Below, piece by piece: positions 48,725 through 60,360 of a DNA stretch of 64,000 nucleotides. Position 1 is the first letter of the stretch, and each line of letters opens with the position of its first letter. The notes under the pieces were generated by a model. The model did not search any database. It was not told where the DNA came from and saw nothing but the letters and a program-made list of their open reading frames with translations. A program made the translations under genes and the position numbers. Origin of the DNA: Podarcis bocagei (lineage: Eukaryota); NCBI GenBank assembly GCA_964188305.1, contig OZ076889.1; one strand, 5' to 3'.

Positions 48725-48864
48725 NNNNNNNNNNNNNNNNNNNNNNNNNNNNNNNNNNNNNNNNNNNNNNNNNNNNNNNNNNNNNNNNNNNNNNNNNNNN
48801 NNNNNNNNNNNNNNNNNNNNNNNNNNNNNNNNNNNNNNNNNNNNNNNNNNNNNNNNNNNNNNNN
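48725..48864. other. Assembly gap (140 N)
   Basis: Run of n characters. Confidence 1.
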
Positions 48865-51800
48865 GAGGAGTGGAGATTTTTTTTTTCTACTTTGCGCAAA
48901 AAAAAATCCTCATAAAGTGTTTATTAAGAGCGGGTAAGAAGGGGATAATGATGTGTTTGGAAATTAAGGCAATCAAACATTTAATGCTATGCACTCCTGT
49001 AGGCAAAAGCATTCAAATGAGTCAATTAGACATCCATTATCCAGGCACGATTAAACACGGCAGAACGAGAGGCTGTCCGCCCCAGTGCCTGTTTGTGCTG
49101 AGGACTTATGCCCACTTAAAGCTGGCTAATAAAACACTAAACTTGGAAGAGGATGCAAAATGCGGGTGTGGGGGGGGGGCGGGAGGCAAAGGAAGGAAGG
49201 TAAGACATAAGGAAGTGGATTGCCAGGATGACAGGCAGGCCATGAGAGGAGGGACAATGATGTAGTGGTGTCTTGTGGACCAGGGTTTCATAAATCACAA
49301 TAATTAAGTTAACACGGAAATCAACTTCACCATCCCGTTAAATTACAGCATTTGCATATTAGGGCTCAAATGAAGTCTGTGTTTTGGCAGGACAAGGAGC
49401 GGGCTGGAGAGAGGGGAAAAGTAGGGTGGGAGGGGAGGAAGGAGGGAGCTGATAAGGGATCCATTTATTATGGTGAATAACTAATTTCAGAATTTATAGT
49501 GCTGGATTTTCGTCCCCATGCCATTTATATTACCGGTGGAAATTAAGGGGCGGGCAGGAGGCTGGCTGGACATCTTTCTGCGTTATTGCTTGTCTGCCAT
49601 TTGCAAATCATTATTAATTGTGGCCCACGCACATGGTGCAGCAGGCCACAGCGCCTGGACAGACAGTGCCAGCACACATATCTCTTCATCAGGCCCCCAG
49701 CCACTGGCCCTGAGAGGCAATTACCCCTCCCTGATTGGTATCAGATAAGGAGGGAATTTTTACAAATTAGAGAATAAATAGGATTTCCACACATGGAGCA
49801 GAGAGGACTTGAGAGGCGGTAATGAAAAACGATACATCACCATCAGCTAGACAATCCTATTCATACAGTCCTGTATTATGCTCACCACTCATAAAAATCC
49901 CACCAAATGACAGACAGACACCGACAACATGTCTTGCAAAATCAGACACACTCCCCACCCTCAGAGTTTCCTTGGGCAGTTATCGGGGACCTTTCCCTCC
50001 AAAATGGCTACCACTAGAGATGCAATCCTGCCAATAGCTGTTTTTTTCACATAAGGATTTCCCTGGGCTATGAAGCCATGCCTTCGGGTTTCAACGTCCT
50101 GTCCCGTAACTGTAGATGTGAGGTGTGGACTGTGAGTATACAGCGTGGGAGATGGTCATTTTGCACATCATCCTTAAAAATACTTCTGTGTTAGCACTAC
50201 ACCTAGACCAGGGCTGAACCCAGCACTGAGAGGAATGAGCTGGAGTTGCACTAAAGACGGATTACCAGTTTTCCACCAGAAAGACCAGGGAAAAACTAAT
50301 GAATATATTTTAGAGATACAAAACTAATTTTCTCCATCATGCCAAATTTGACTGGCAATTCTGTTTTGTTTTTAAATTCCCATAGCGTATTAACATAAGA
50401 AAACTGATTCTGTTGCAAATCACAACCTTGAGTGGACTTCCTCTTGCGCTCTCTCTTGCTATCTCTAAACTATGCCTTAATTCCCTTCGAATCTGTTTGG
50501 CTTAATTATATCCCAAGAGGCATTCATTTCTGCACTTCAGATAGAATTTTGGGGGTATACAAAGCCTGGCTTAGAATAGCAGCAAAAATATCTGCGGGCT
50601 TTCTAAGTGACTTCCTTGTAGTGCAGCATAATGTCTCTCTCCTGGGAATTAGTATACCACTCTGCAAGGGAGCATTTTTGTGCTATACCGTTTCTATAGG
50701 TGTTAAGACACTTCAGAAATCCAGCATGCATCCGAGCAGGGAGGCAAAGAGGACTCAAAACTCACCAGTTGCTCAGGATCTGGGCCAATCCAGAATGACA
50801 GACCCAGTTCCCTAAGCATGTCTCCTCTGTGAAATGGACTTGGACAGTTATTAATCTGGGCTTGGTTAAGAGATCTTGCTATGACTTGTTTTAAAGGTTT
50901 CCACATTGGCTGATGTACCTATCCAGACCTCAGTCTAAGCAAAATTATGAGAACTCCTCCCCAAATATGACTCATCATTTGACAGCACTAATTCTGGTCT
51001 CTATAATCCACAGAAACCACTTTCGCTTAAGAATATGCCTTGGTCCCACACTGCTCCCTTTACAATGCTCCTCTAATGTCAGAGAGAGGAGAAGAGGGGC
51101 ATCTGCAAGAAGACAGAAAGCAAACTGGAATCTTCCATCCTGGATTTGCATCCTGGAAACCATGATATTAATAGCCCTTACAAGGTTACTGGTTTGATCC
51201 ACACATGACTATGTTCAATTATAACCTTTAATTAACCCCCCTCATAATTCTACAGCCACATTTCCTGGTCTGCAATATATTTCAGAGAAGAATCTTAGGG
51301 CCAAATAAATGGGAGAACATTTCAGGGATTAAGCAATTAAATGAATTTTTGGAAGTATAGATGTTAGGCACGAGAGCCTCAATCCTGATTGAGACCCTGT
51401 TTGGAGGAGGAATTTAAACCCTTTGCCATCCCAATCCAGACCAGGCCCCCATACCTGCTACACCAGCTATATTCACTTAAATGAACATTCATACAATTGT
51501 TAACTGAATGGTACCATGGTTAAGTTGGCCCACAGGCAGTTATACTTTGGCAACAACATCGTTTTTTGTGCAAGCTCCAGTGAAATAAATGGCAACTGAG
51601 CCAAAGCATATCCATGTTTTTGAGCAAGCCCCATTCATCACAGGAGCCTCACACAGAAGATGCTCAGGTTTACTGTGCCATAGGTTGAGTGGCTGTGTGA
51701 TGCTATGGAGAACAGCTTAAAACATACCTAATGACCAGAAAGGACCCCAAATGGGATTTAAACTGGGGCAGAATTTGTTAGAAAACAATTGTCACAATCC

Positions 51801-52316
51801 GTTATTTCCTCAACTTTCTTGTGCATTTAGATGCCTAATTGTATGTGCCAGCTTGATTTAGCCATTATTCCCCAGTTTTGCTCTGGTGGGTGTTCCCGGG
51901 AGCACTCATTCACACACACACCCCAGGCAGAGAGTGTAAGGGTCAGGGGTGAAGCAGGAGCCAATACTCTTAAGCTGAAAGGATCTCCATCCTTCACTGC
52001 TCCAAATCAACCAGCCAGGTGTTTGACTGTCTTGGCAATGGGGATGGATTGCCATTTCCGGCACAGAAGCTGTTCTACATGCAGTTCGAAATGCGTAAGG
52101 GAGCTCAGAGACTGGGAGTTGGGGGAGGGCGGCACGGTGTAGGTCTGCACTACGGAAAGATACGTCGTTAGGTAGTGCCTGAAGCACAACTGTGTTTAAA
52201 ATGGTAACACCAGGGGAATTGCCCATATTTGTCTGTGACTATTGCGGGGGAAAGGGTTTGAGTATGGAGACTGCTAGCCCCAAGTGATCCAGTGCATCTC
52301 TCTTTGAACAAGAGTA

Positions 52317-52505
52317 CAATGGTACCTATGTTTACGAACTTAATCCGTTCCTGAAGTCCGTTCTCAAACCAAATCCGTTCTTAAACCGAGGCACACTTTC
52401 CCTAATGAGGCCTCCTGCCGCCAGTGCCCTTCCACCATTCAGCTTCCGTTCTTAGACCGAGGTAAAGTTCGCAAACCGAATAGTTTGTAAACCGGGGTAC
52501 CACTG
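52317..52505. mobile_element. Tc1/mariner (Tigger-like) MITE
   Basis: TA|caatggtacctatgtttacgaac ... gtttgtaaaccggggtaccactg|TA. Confidence 0.85.
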
Positions 52506-54798
52506 TATATGTAGGAGCGGTACTATTTTCCACTCCCTGATCTTCCATGGATCTCCTGTGTGATCACAGATAAGAACATGCTCTGGGCTACTTCCCGAAC
52601 TCTACTATAGGTAATCCTGATTACAAAAAGTGGGAGAACACTGAACTTTTCACAGCATCGTTCCATGGATCTAGTGTAGAAAGAGGTAAGAAGTCACAAT
52701 TCAATAGCTGAAAATGTTATTCTAAAAGCAACATTGGGAAGGCAGAGTGTGGGGCAAACAGCAGTAGTGTATACCTGCCTGCAAGGACATTGCCTCCTCT
52801 CTCACTAGAAGAAATGGCTAGAGCAATACTGCTTCTGGTATACAGCCATATATTCTCTAGGGGAAGGTCAGACCTCTGCTCGCTGTAAAGGAGTCATGTC
52901 TTAGCACTTATCCTCACAATATTTATGGCAAGTTTATGCCTGGCTGTTAAAGTCAGCAGTAGTTACTGCTGATAAAGGCAGGGCTCTGCTCCCTGGAACT
53001 TTCTGCCCTTGCTAAACTGCTCATCGTTGTCTCTTGGCTGCTCCTGCTGAGAACCTCACATGAACACTGGGGTTTCCTTTCCAGCAATGAGAAATTTCAA
53101 TACTTGCTGCAGAAAAGCACCAGTCACCTCTGCAGGCACTGAAGCACCTCTGGGTTCTATATTCCTATGCTTGGATTGCTACAAGCAAGGACCGGCCTTT
53201 TCTGTCTACACTTGCACCATGTGTTAGGGACTATAACCTGGCCTCATGGGTACCTTCACAATCAAAGATTTTAAAATGAAATTATAATGATCACCCATTC
53301 AACTCCACTAAAGCCCCACTGGTCTCTTGTGGATATCCTGGGTTGCAAGAGGAACCTGGTCCTAAATATTAACAGATATTTTTGCTTCATTGGTATCTTA
53401 CACAAGAAGTATATGACAGGCAAGAAGTGGTAAATCTTATCTTCCCAAATAGCTGCTTGCATCCTTACCGCCAGATAGAAAAGAGATGCACCCTTTGAGT
53501 AGAAATTATTTTTACCATATTCGTTGACTTGAGAGCAGCTGCCCTTCCATCCCTTTCCATCCACTGCTCCTGAGTGGGATTCAGTTAATAAGACCATTAA
53601 TGGAATCCCTATGCAAGGGCTTTCATTTGTGCAACAGGGGCTTTCCCACCTGCACCCCCCAAAATTGGCTCTTGGGCAGGGGGAGAACCCTCGGAACAGC
53701 CTGCTCAGGAAGGAGAGGGGATATTGTTCAGTCTGCAAGCCAAAATGCTTGCCCTGATGCAACAATCACCTTAGCACGGCACTGAATCCCTCCCCACGTC
53801 TCACCAGCAAGCCTTGAACAACCCCCTGGTCACTTCCTGGTTCAGATGAAGCTACTGGGATTGGGACCCTAATTAGGAAGAGACATCAAAGTCAAAATGG
53901 GAGAATCTGTTAAGTAGAGCTACTTCTCCCTGAGAGTGACACACCATGACAAGAAAAAGGAATGAAAGGGAAGGGTTGCAATTCCGGAGCTTCCAAGAGT
54001 CCTAATATAAAGTTTTCTGCTTTAAAGCCAGGCGAGATGGCCTAGTTATTGCGTTGAAAGGCTTCGGAATGAAACTGCAGAGCTATACTCAAAATCTTTC
54101 AAATAAGCCCAGCTTCATTTTGGCAGGTCCAGCAAGGCAGAGGCACTGATTGCACACAGAAGGCCAGCTCTCTTTATCTTGGAGGGAGACCTGCCTATTT
54201 TTAAACATTAGCTCCCAATCCTCAGTCCAGCCCTTTGTCTCTCTTGCCTTCGGAAGGACAGATCAAAAGCCAGACCCTTGCCATTGTTTCTCTCCCAGCG
54301 AGAAGGATGCAGAGCTGTAATCTTCCCACAAAGCCACACGCTTCAAAGGAATCAAAAGTGCTTATTAAAAGTCCTGGGAAACTAATTTAATAACATCCCA
54401 AAGGGCTGGAAAAATCAGCACCGGAGGCTCAAAATATAGCCAGGGGTGAGGAACTATTTTATCTAGCTACAGATGCACAACAGCCTCCTGTGCTCAAGAG
54501 GGAGTTTCTTCCATCTCCACAAGGGAAGAATCTACATTTGTTTTGTGCCTTTAAATGATTTCTCTGGTACTCTGCCTACTGATCGTTCTTTGCCAGGACT
54601 ACTTCTAACAATCCACAGCTCTTCATCAGACTACACGGGCTCTAATGAACTGATCAACATTATCAGTAGCCTCAAAAAACTTTTATTATGAAAAGCAACC
54701 AATAATGTTATGTATCTCTCTGGGTCCCCACCAAAGATAAGGACCACATATTCAACAATAGCCCAGAATTTACAAGAAAGCCATTCTAGGAGGTAATA

Positions 54799-54800
<2 letters not shown>

Positions 54801-54842
<42 letters not shown>
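54801..54842. repeat. (GT)21 microsatellite
   Basis: Perfect GT run. Confidence 0.97.
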
Positions 54843-54846
<4 letters not shown>

Positions 54847-55011
54847 AAATGTGGGGAGACAATAGATTAATAAATCAAAGCATAGGATAATTTATTTATT
54901 AAACTATTACTTTAAGGATTAGCTATTACTATTACTTTAAGATTAGCTATGGGTGCTGCTTTTAGAAATAAAGTTGATGCTTAAATTTACCTGGTTTTGC
55001 ATATGCCTATA

Positions 55012-55207
55012 CAGTCGTTCTCCTCGAAGTCAAGTCGCAACTGTATTAACGGTGTTAAGAAAAAGGAAACAAACTTGCAAGACGTTTTCGTCTTGCGAAG
55101 CAAGCCCATAGGGAAATTCGTCTTGCGGAGCAGCTCAAAAAATGCAAAGCCCTTTCGTCTAGCGAGTTTTCAGGCTTGCAAGACATTCGTCTTGCGGGGC
55201 ACCACTG
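55012..55207. mobile_element. Truncated copy of the 42466-42880 MITE family, opposite orientation
   Basis: gcccatagggaaattcgtcttgcg and ttcgtcttgcggggcaccactg|TA are reverse complements of the left part of the 42466 copy. Confidence 0.85.
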
Positions 55208-55723
55208 TATTAAGATTAATATACAGAAAAAGTATTGTTTCTTCCAACTTCACATTTACATGAGGCTAATATGGTGAAGTTGACCCAGGAAAAGAAAGCT
55301 GCATCTTAGACTCTTGCTGAGTGTCACCATGATAGCTGCTTCAGACTGAATCTAAAGAATCTAAAGAAAAAACAAGCCTGCTGTGGTTGAAAGTCTCCTT
55401 CACCATATGCAGAGTTATAGCTGTGGTAACAATTGCATTCATATAACTATTTGGAACATTTGCACAACCTCATATACAGTACACTGCTTTCTTGTAGTTC
55501 TTACAACAGCCCTTTTAGGTAGGCCAGACTTCTTTTTGCTTCAGTAGGCATTTTAAGAAAGTTTTACTAATCAATTTTCTCTATTGTATCTTTCTTCTAA
55601 CCTATGATATTAAGTGGATATAAATTGTTGAAATAAATATTCTTATCAGCATAGCACAGACTGGGGGAAGAGGGATGTTTCAATTCCACATCAAGAGGAA
55701 CTCAGCTACCTGAGCTCATTATT

Positions 55724-56075
55724 GGGAGCCTGGATAGCTCAGCTGGTTAGAGTGTGGTGCTGATAACTGCATACAGTGGTACCTCGGGTTAAGTACTTAA
55801 TTCGTTCCGGAGGTCCATACTTAACCTGAAACTGTTCTTAACCTGAAGCACCACGTTAGCTAATGGGGCCTCCTGCTGCCACCGGAGCCTGATTTCTGTT
55901 CTTATCCTGAAGCAAAGTTCTTAACCTGAAGCACTATTTCTGGCTTAGTGGTGTGTGTAACCTGAAGCGTATGTAACCTGAAGTGTATGTAACCCGAGGT
56001 ACCATTGTATTCCTGCATTGCAGGGGGATGAACTAGATGACCCCCAGGGTCCCTTCCAACTATAAGATTCTATGA
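55724..56075 (+). mobile_element. tRNA-headed SINE with CR1-like tail (Squam2-like, tentative), interrupted by a MITE
   Basis: ggatagctcagctggttagagtgtggtgctgataac (tRNA-like) ... ttcctgcattgcaggggg...cccttccaactataagattctatga. Confidence 0.8.
55774..56007. mobile_element. Tc1/mariner (Tigger-like) MITE nested in the SINE
   Basis: TA|cagtggtacctcgggtta ... taacccgaggtaccattg|TA; internal taacctgaag repeats. Confidence 0.9.
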
Positions 56076-56831
56076 GCAAGTGGAATCTGTAGCAAAATGT
56101 ATCAGTGTATCCCTGCCTCTCTTCCTGTTGTGGTGTCTGTGAGAAAGGAGTTTTGAAGTGCTATTTAGGTCTCATTCAGGAGTATCAGGAAGGATGAAGA
56201 CCCTGAAGCCTTCTCCTGCCACACTATAACATAAAGCTAGAAGGCTTAGGTTTGGGCCTGACTGCGAGGCCTGAACTCGCCCATAACAGGGGTGGGATTT
56301 TTTAGATGTGACAGCATGCATCCCTCAACCCAAATCTTCCTTGCATAATGATAAAGCTGCAGCTTTGCGCTAGAAGAGACCACTAAAATTTTGAAGCATT
56401 CTCCTTCCCCATATAAAGTTTCTACTCTGTCTCTCAACTGCCTTCAACATTCCATACATCCTGGAAGATCATAGATCCTTGTCAGAGTGTTCTGAGCCCT
56501 CTCCCCTTTAATTAACAAGACTATACTATGCCTAAGAAGTCCCTTGAGTATGCAGAAACCACTAATTTATTTTTGGGTGGACCCACTTATAGAACCCTCA
56601 TCCACCCAAGTTCACTATTAGAAGGAATGGTGATACTCATAGGAATGGGATAGGGACTTTATCAGAATGCATGTCTTTCTGAGACTGCATACACAAAACA
56701 GAAATGCAGAAACTAAAAGAAATGTGAGAGAAATGTGATGTTTCACTGTTGGACCCAAGGCATCAAACTAGGCAGAGCATGAAGCTGCCTCTATCACAAT
56801 AATCCTGGCATGTGAAAGTCCAAGTGGAGTA

Positions 56832-57072
56832 CAGTCGTACCTTGGTTTAAGCACAGCTTAGTTTATGAACAAATTGGATTAAGAACGCTGCAAACCTGGA
56901 AGTAGGGGTTTTGGTTTGTGAACTTTGCTTTGGAAGCAGAACATGTTCCGCTTCCTGTTGAGTGTGTTCCATGTCCCCCGCTGCTATGGGAAAGCACACC
57001 TTAGTTTAAGAATGCTTTGGTTTAAGAATGGACTTCCAGAACGGATTAAGTTCATAAACCAAGGTACCACTG
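56832..57072. mobile_element. Tc1/mariner (Tigger-like) MITE
   Basis: TA|cagtcgtaccttggttta ... taaaccaaggtaccactg|TA. Confidence 0.88.
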
Positions 57073-57564
57073 TATGCAGTTTCATTCCTATGAAAACTGC
57101 ATTATTTTGTTGTTTAATTATCAGTTTATTCAACTACACATGGAGATTCTGAGGGCACAGGGGTGGGGGGAGAACCATGGTTCCATAAGCACTAGAACAG
57201 AGCCACTCTGTCTTCAGAACTATTCAGTACCATTTAGCCAATGGGTGTTCTTATTCTATTAGACATCTTCTCTGAAGTACCAAGTTCAAGCCTACCCAGC
57301 CTGTGAAGTGCCAGAGAACACTTAGGTCCCAAAGAATCTTCTCTGGAAGTTGGAGGGAAGGAACTCACTTTGTGGGCATGCTACAGCTCCTGCAAGCTAG
57401 CTAATATATGGCTTTTGCAAAGCTCTGCTGAGAACGGTGAGAGCAGGGAAGCCGTCACCAGCTGCCCCTGTTTAAGGGGGTCCGATCGGGGAAGAGGCCA
57501 TTTGGGACTGCCAGAGCCGGCTACCTTTGAGAAGGGAAGAGAATAGAAGTGTCGACCCCCATTA

Positions 57565-57800
57565 GCAGGCTGCTTCACTCCGGATCATTAAATATGTATA
57601 TCTTATTACACGCCTTGTTAGAGGATCGAGCTCTATTGACTGATAATAAATTCCAAGCCTCATCCCAGCCATAAATTTATCTGGAGACGATGAAGACTCA
57701 ATAATCTAGTCATGCAGATAATATGATAGGGCCTTAAAAAGATCATTACACTGGATGTCAAAATTAAAAGTGAAATACACTTTATTAACACTGTTTCCAC
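57565..57800. promoter_or_regulatory. Candidate conserved non-coding element in ERI3 intron
   Basis: Dense ATTA/TAAT, ccataaa (57669-57675), GATA-like sites, repeat-free; conservation not verified. Confidence 0.45.
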
Positions 57801-59189
57801 ACTCAGGCCCATTACTCGTTCTAGGCCCTATTCCCGCCCATCCAAACCTGCCGACTGATGATTTGGGGCCAGGCAAAACAAGCCCCCGGCCTCCTGGAAC
57901 TATGTGAGTGTGCAGCTAGCGCAGTGCTTGATTTCTAAAAAGACAGAAGCCAGGGTTGATGGAAATGATAGTTCTGCTCTGAAAGACTTTACTCCCTGAT
58001 TCAGATACATTGGGGTGGGGTTAGCTGTGTTTTTTCAGTAGAAACACAAAGATGTTCTGAACTTGCTCTGTTTATATAAGGTGCATGTTCCAGGACTGAG
58101 CCATGGCTTTGAAAGCATGGTCCACAGCTGATATTGGCACATCCTGGCTCAAATTGAGCCTGACTATACCACCCTCACCATCTAGATGGGAACAGAGCTG
58201 CAGAGCTGGCAAGTCCCATTGAGTGCTATGAGAATCCCAATAGAAAGCACAGCACAAGCCACATTGTTTAAGCTCCACCACCCGAGAACACATCAGCAAC
58301 AGCGCAAAGTCACAGATCTGTGAGCTGCAGGCAGCCCTTCCCAAGGCCACAAACAGAACAGTATGGCGGGCTCAGAGGCTTCAGGCCAACCAATGCCTTC
58401 TACTCCCCAGCTAGCTACCCCTCCAGACATGATTTCTCGCTTCTAATCAGAAGGTCACAACCATTTAAACCCCTTTGATTAGGGCTGGCGGCTCCTGCTC
58501 TTCTTGTATTGGCCCCACTGGCCTCTTTGTGCTCCTGCCTCCGGATCAATTGTATGTATCAAGTTTAAAGTGGTTCCACCAAGGGCTCACGCACTTCAAT
58601 TCCACTATACACCCCCCTTTCCCACCTTCCTCTCCAGACAAACAAGGTGGAGGGCACGCGAATCGATAAGGCAGCACAGATCAGCTGCCAGGAAACCAAT
58701 CGCAGATCAGATTGAAACTGACTTCTGCTTGTATCTTACCAGCTCTCTCTACAATAGATTGGCTTGCAAAATCCGATGGAAAAGGAAGACAAAAGGGGGG
58801 GGGATCCGATAATACTCCTTGCCATGGCTACTCTAATCTGTGACAGCCTGAGGATTTGCTGAAAACCATTATCACATCACAGGCTCCCTCCTCTCCTCCT
58901 CTGATAAAACCCTGGCTAATCTGTTTGTTGCAAGGACTGAACAAATGCATTTAGCAAAACAAGGAATGGGGATTCCCCACACCCACCTCAGGAAATGTGG
59001 GAAATGTGAGCAGGACCTGGTCAGGTTGAGAAGCCTGTTGCAGGAAGAGACCCTAAGCATTGACTGGTGGGAGGGAAGCAGAGCAGGTGTATTCTGCTTA
59101 CCTCTACAAGGCAGTTTGGTTTGCCAGTAAATACAGGTGTTAACTGCTGTAAGATTTCTAAAAGTTTTGTCTGGTTCAGGGACACTAGT

Positions 59190-59297
59190 CACTTAGGGAA
59201 GCTTTTAATGTTTGGATTACTGTATTTTAATATTTTGTTGGAAGCTACCCAGAGTGGCTGGGGAAGCCCAGCCAGATGGGCGGGGTATAAATTATTA
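59190..59297 (+). mobile_element. L2 3' end fragment, same family as 40101-40402
   Basis: ggaagctacccagagtggctggggaagcccagccagatgggcggggtataaattatta. Confidence 0.8.
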
Positions 59298-59382
59298 CCC
59301 CATTGCGGGGATTCAAACCGCCGACCTTTTGATCAGCAAGTCCTAGGCTCTGTGGTTTAACCCACAGCGCCACCCGCATCCC
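59298..59382 (-). mobile_element. Sauria-type SINE 5' tRNA-related head (truncated)
   Basis: Reverse complement gggatgcgggtggcgctgtgggttaaaccacagagcctaggacttgctgatcaaaaggtcggcggtttgaatccccgcaatgggg, which resembles the lacertid Sauria SINE head. Confidence 0.8.
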
Positions 59383-60291
59383 TTTGATGTAATTGACTGT
59401 AATTCATTGGTTTTGAGAATAACCCTTGATGATTTGCAGTGCTTGCCTCACAGCACCCTGAGTTCTTCTTGAGCTCAGATTTTGACCTGAGCCCAGGAAG
59501 AATTCCTTCCTCCCAACCACCCGGCTCCTATTAAGGCTGAGCAGGAAATTTATTTCCCCTCTCCAGTGCCTGGATTGCTGTTTACAACAATGCCAGGATC
59601 CTTAGAATATGCAGTTTTCTCAGGGTAGACAGACACCTTGGAAAAATCTGCCTCAAGAGCTGCTGTATCCCATTATCCCAGGAATGGCAGATTGGGGAAA
59701 GGAAAATACAACCCTCCCTCATACTGCCAAAGAGGTGGGGGAAGAGACATGCCACTACAGCAGTAACTATTGCCATGTAAAGAACCTGAGTGGCTGCCTT
59801 AGAATGACCGCTGAAAAATAGGATTAGTATACTTTAGCTTCTTTCAATTCCCTTAGTTAAACCTCTTTATGTTTCTGGCTACCTGATTTGTATGTATAGT
59901 TTGATATGGCAGAAAGGGGTAGGGGTGTGGGTGTGTGGGTGTGGGTGTGTATTAGAAGTTTGTTGAATGCCCTTTAGACAATGTTCCCAGTCCTTGAGCT
60001 CAAGTGTCAGTTCTTCTATGCACTCTGGGAACCAGACACCTAACTTATTCACTCATGTAAGTTGCAGGGCACTAGCTTGAACCATCCCTGGGACCTCAAT
60101 GCCAGTTTTGTATGGTGCTTCTTCTTCCCTCCTGCTGCCAGTTGGCTGCTACAGGCTCTTATTACCTGTACACAGAAAATGTGACAGGAACAAAGGGACT
60201 CTGAGATCTGTAGTTATTGAAAGGGCATGTCATGCAACAGAAGCACTCATGTCTCTTGCACTCTGCCTACAGGTCCATGTTTCTTCTACAA

Positions 60292-60309
60292 GTGTGTGCT
60301 GTGTGTGTG

Positions 60310-60352
<43 letters not shown>

Positions 60353-60360
60353 CGTGCGTG
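60292..60360. repeat. Compound (TG)n/(TGCG)n microsatellite
   Basis: Direct inspection. Confidence 0.95.

Noticed and set aside
48576-49265. 229-aa ORF
   Set aside because: Artefact of translating through the 140-N gap
55724-55770. tRNA-like sequence
   Set aside because: Only the 5' half is present and it continues into SINE body and CR1-like tail; it is a SINE head, not a tRNA gene
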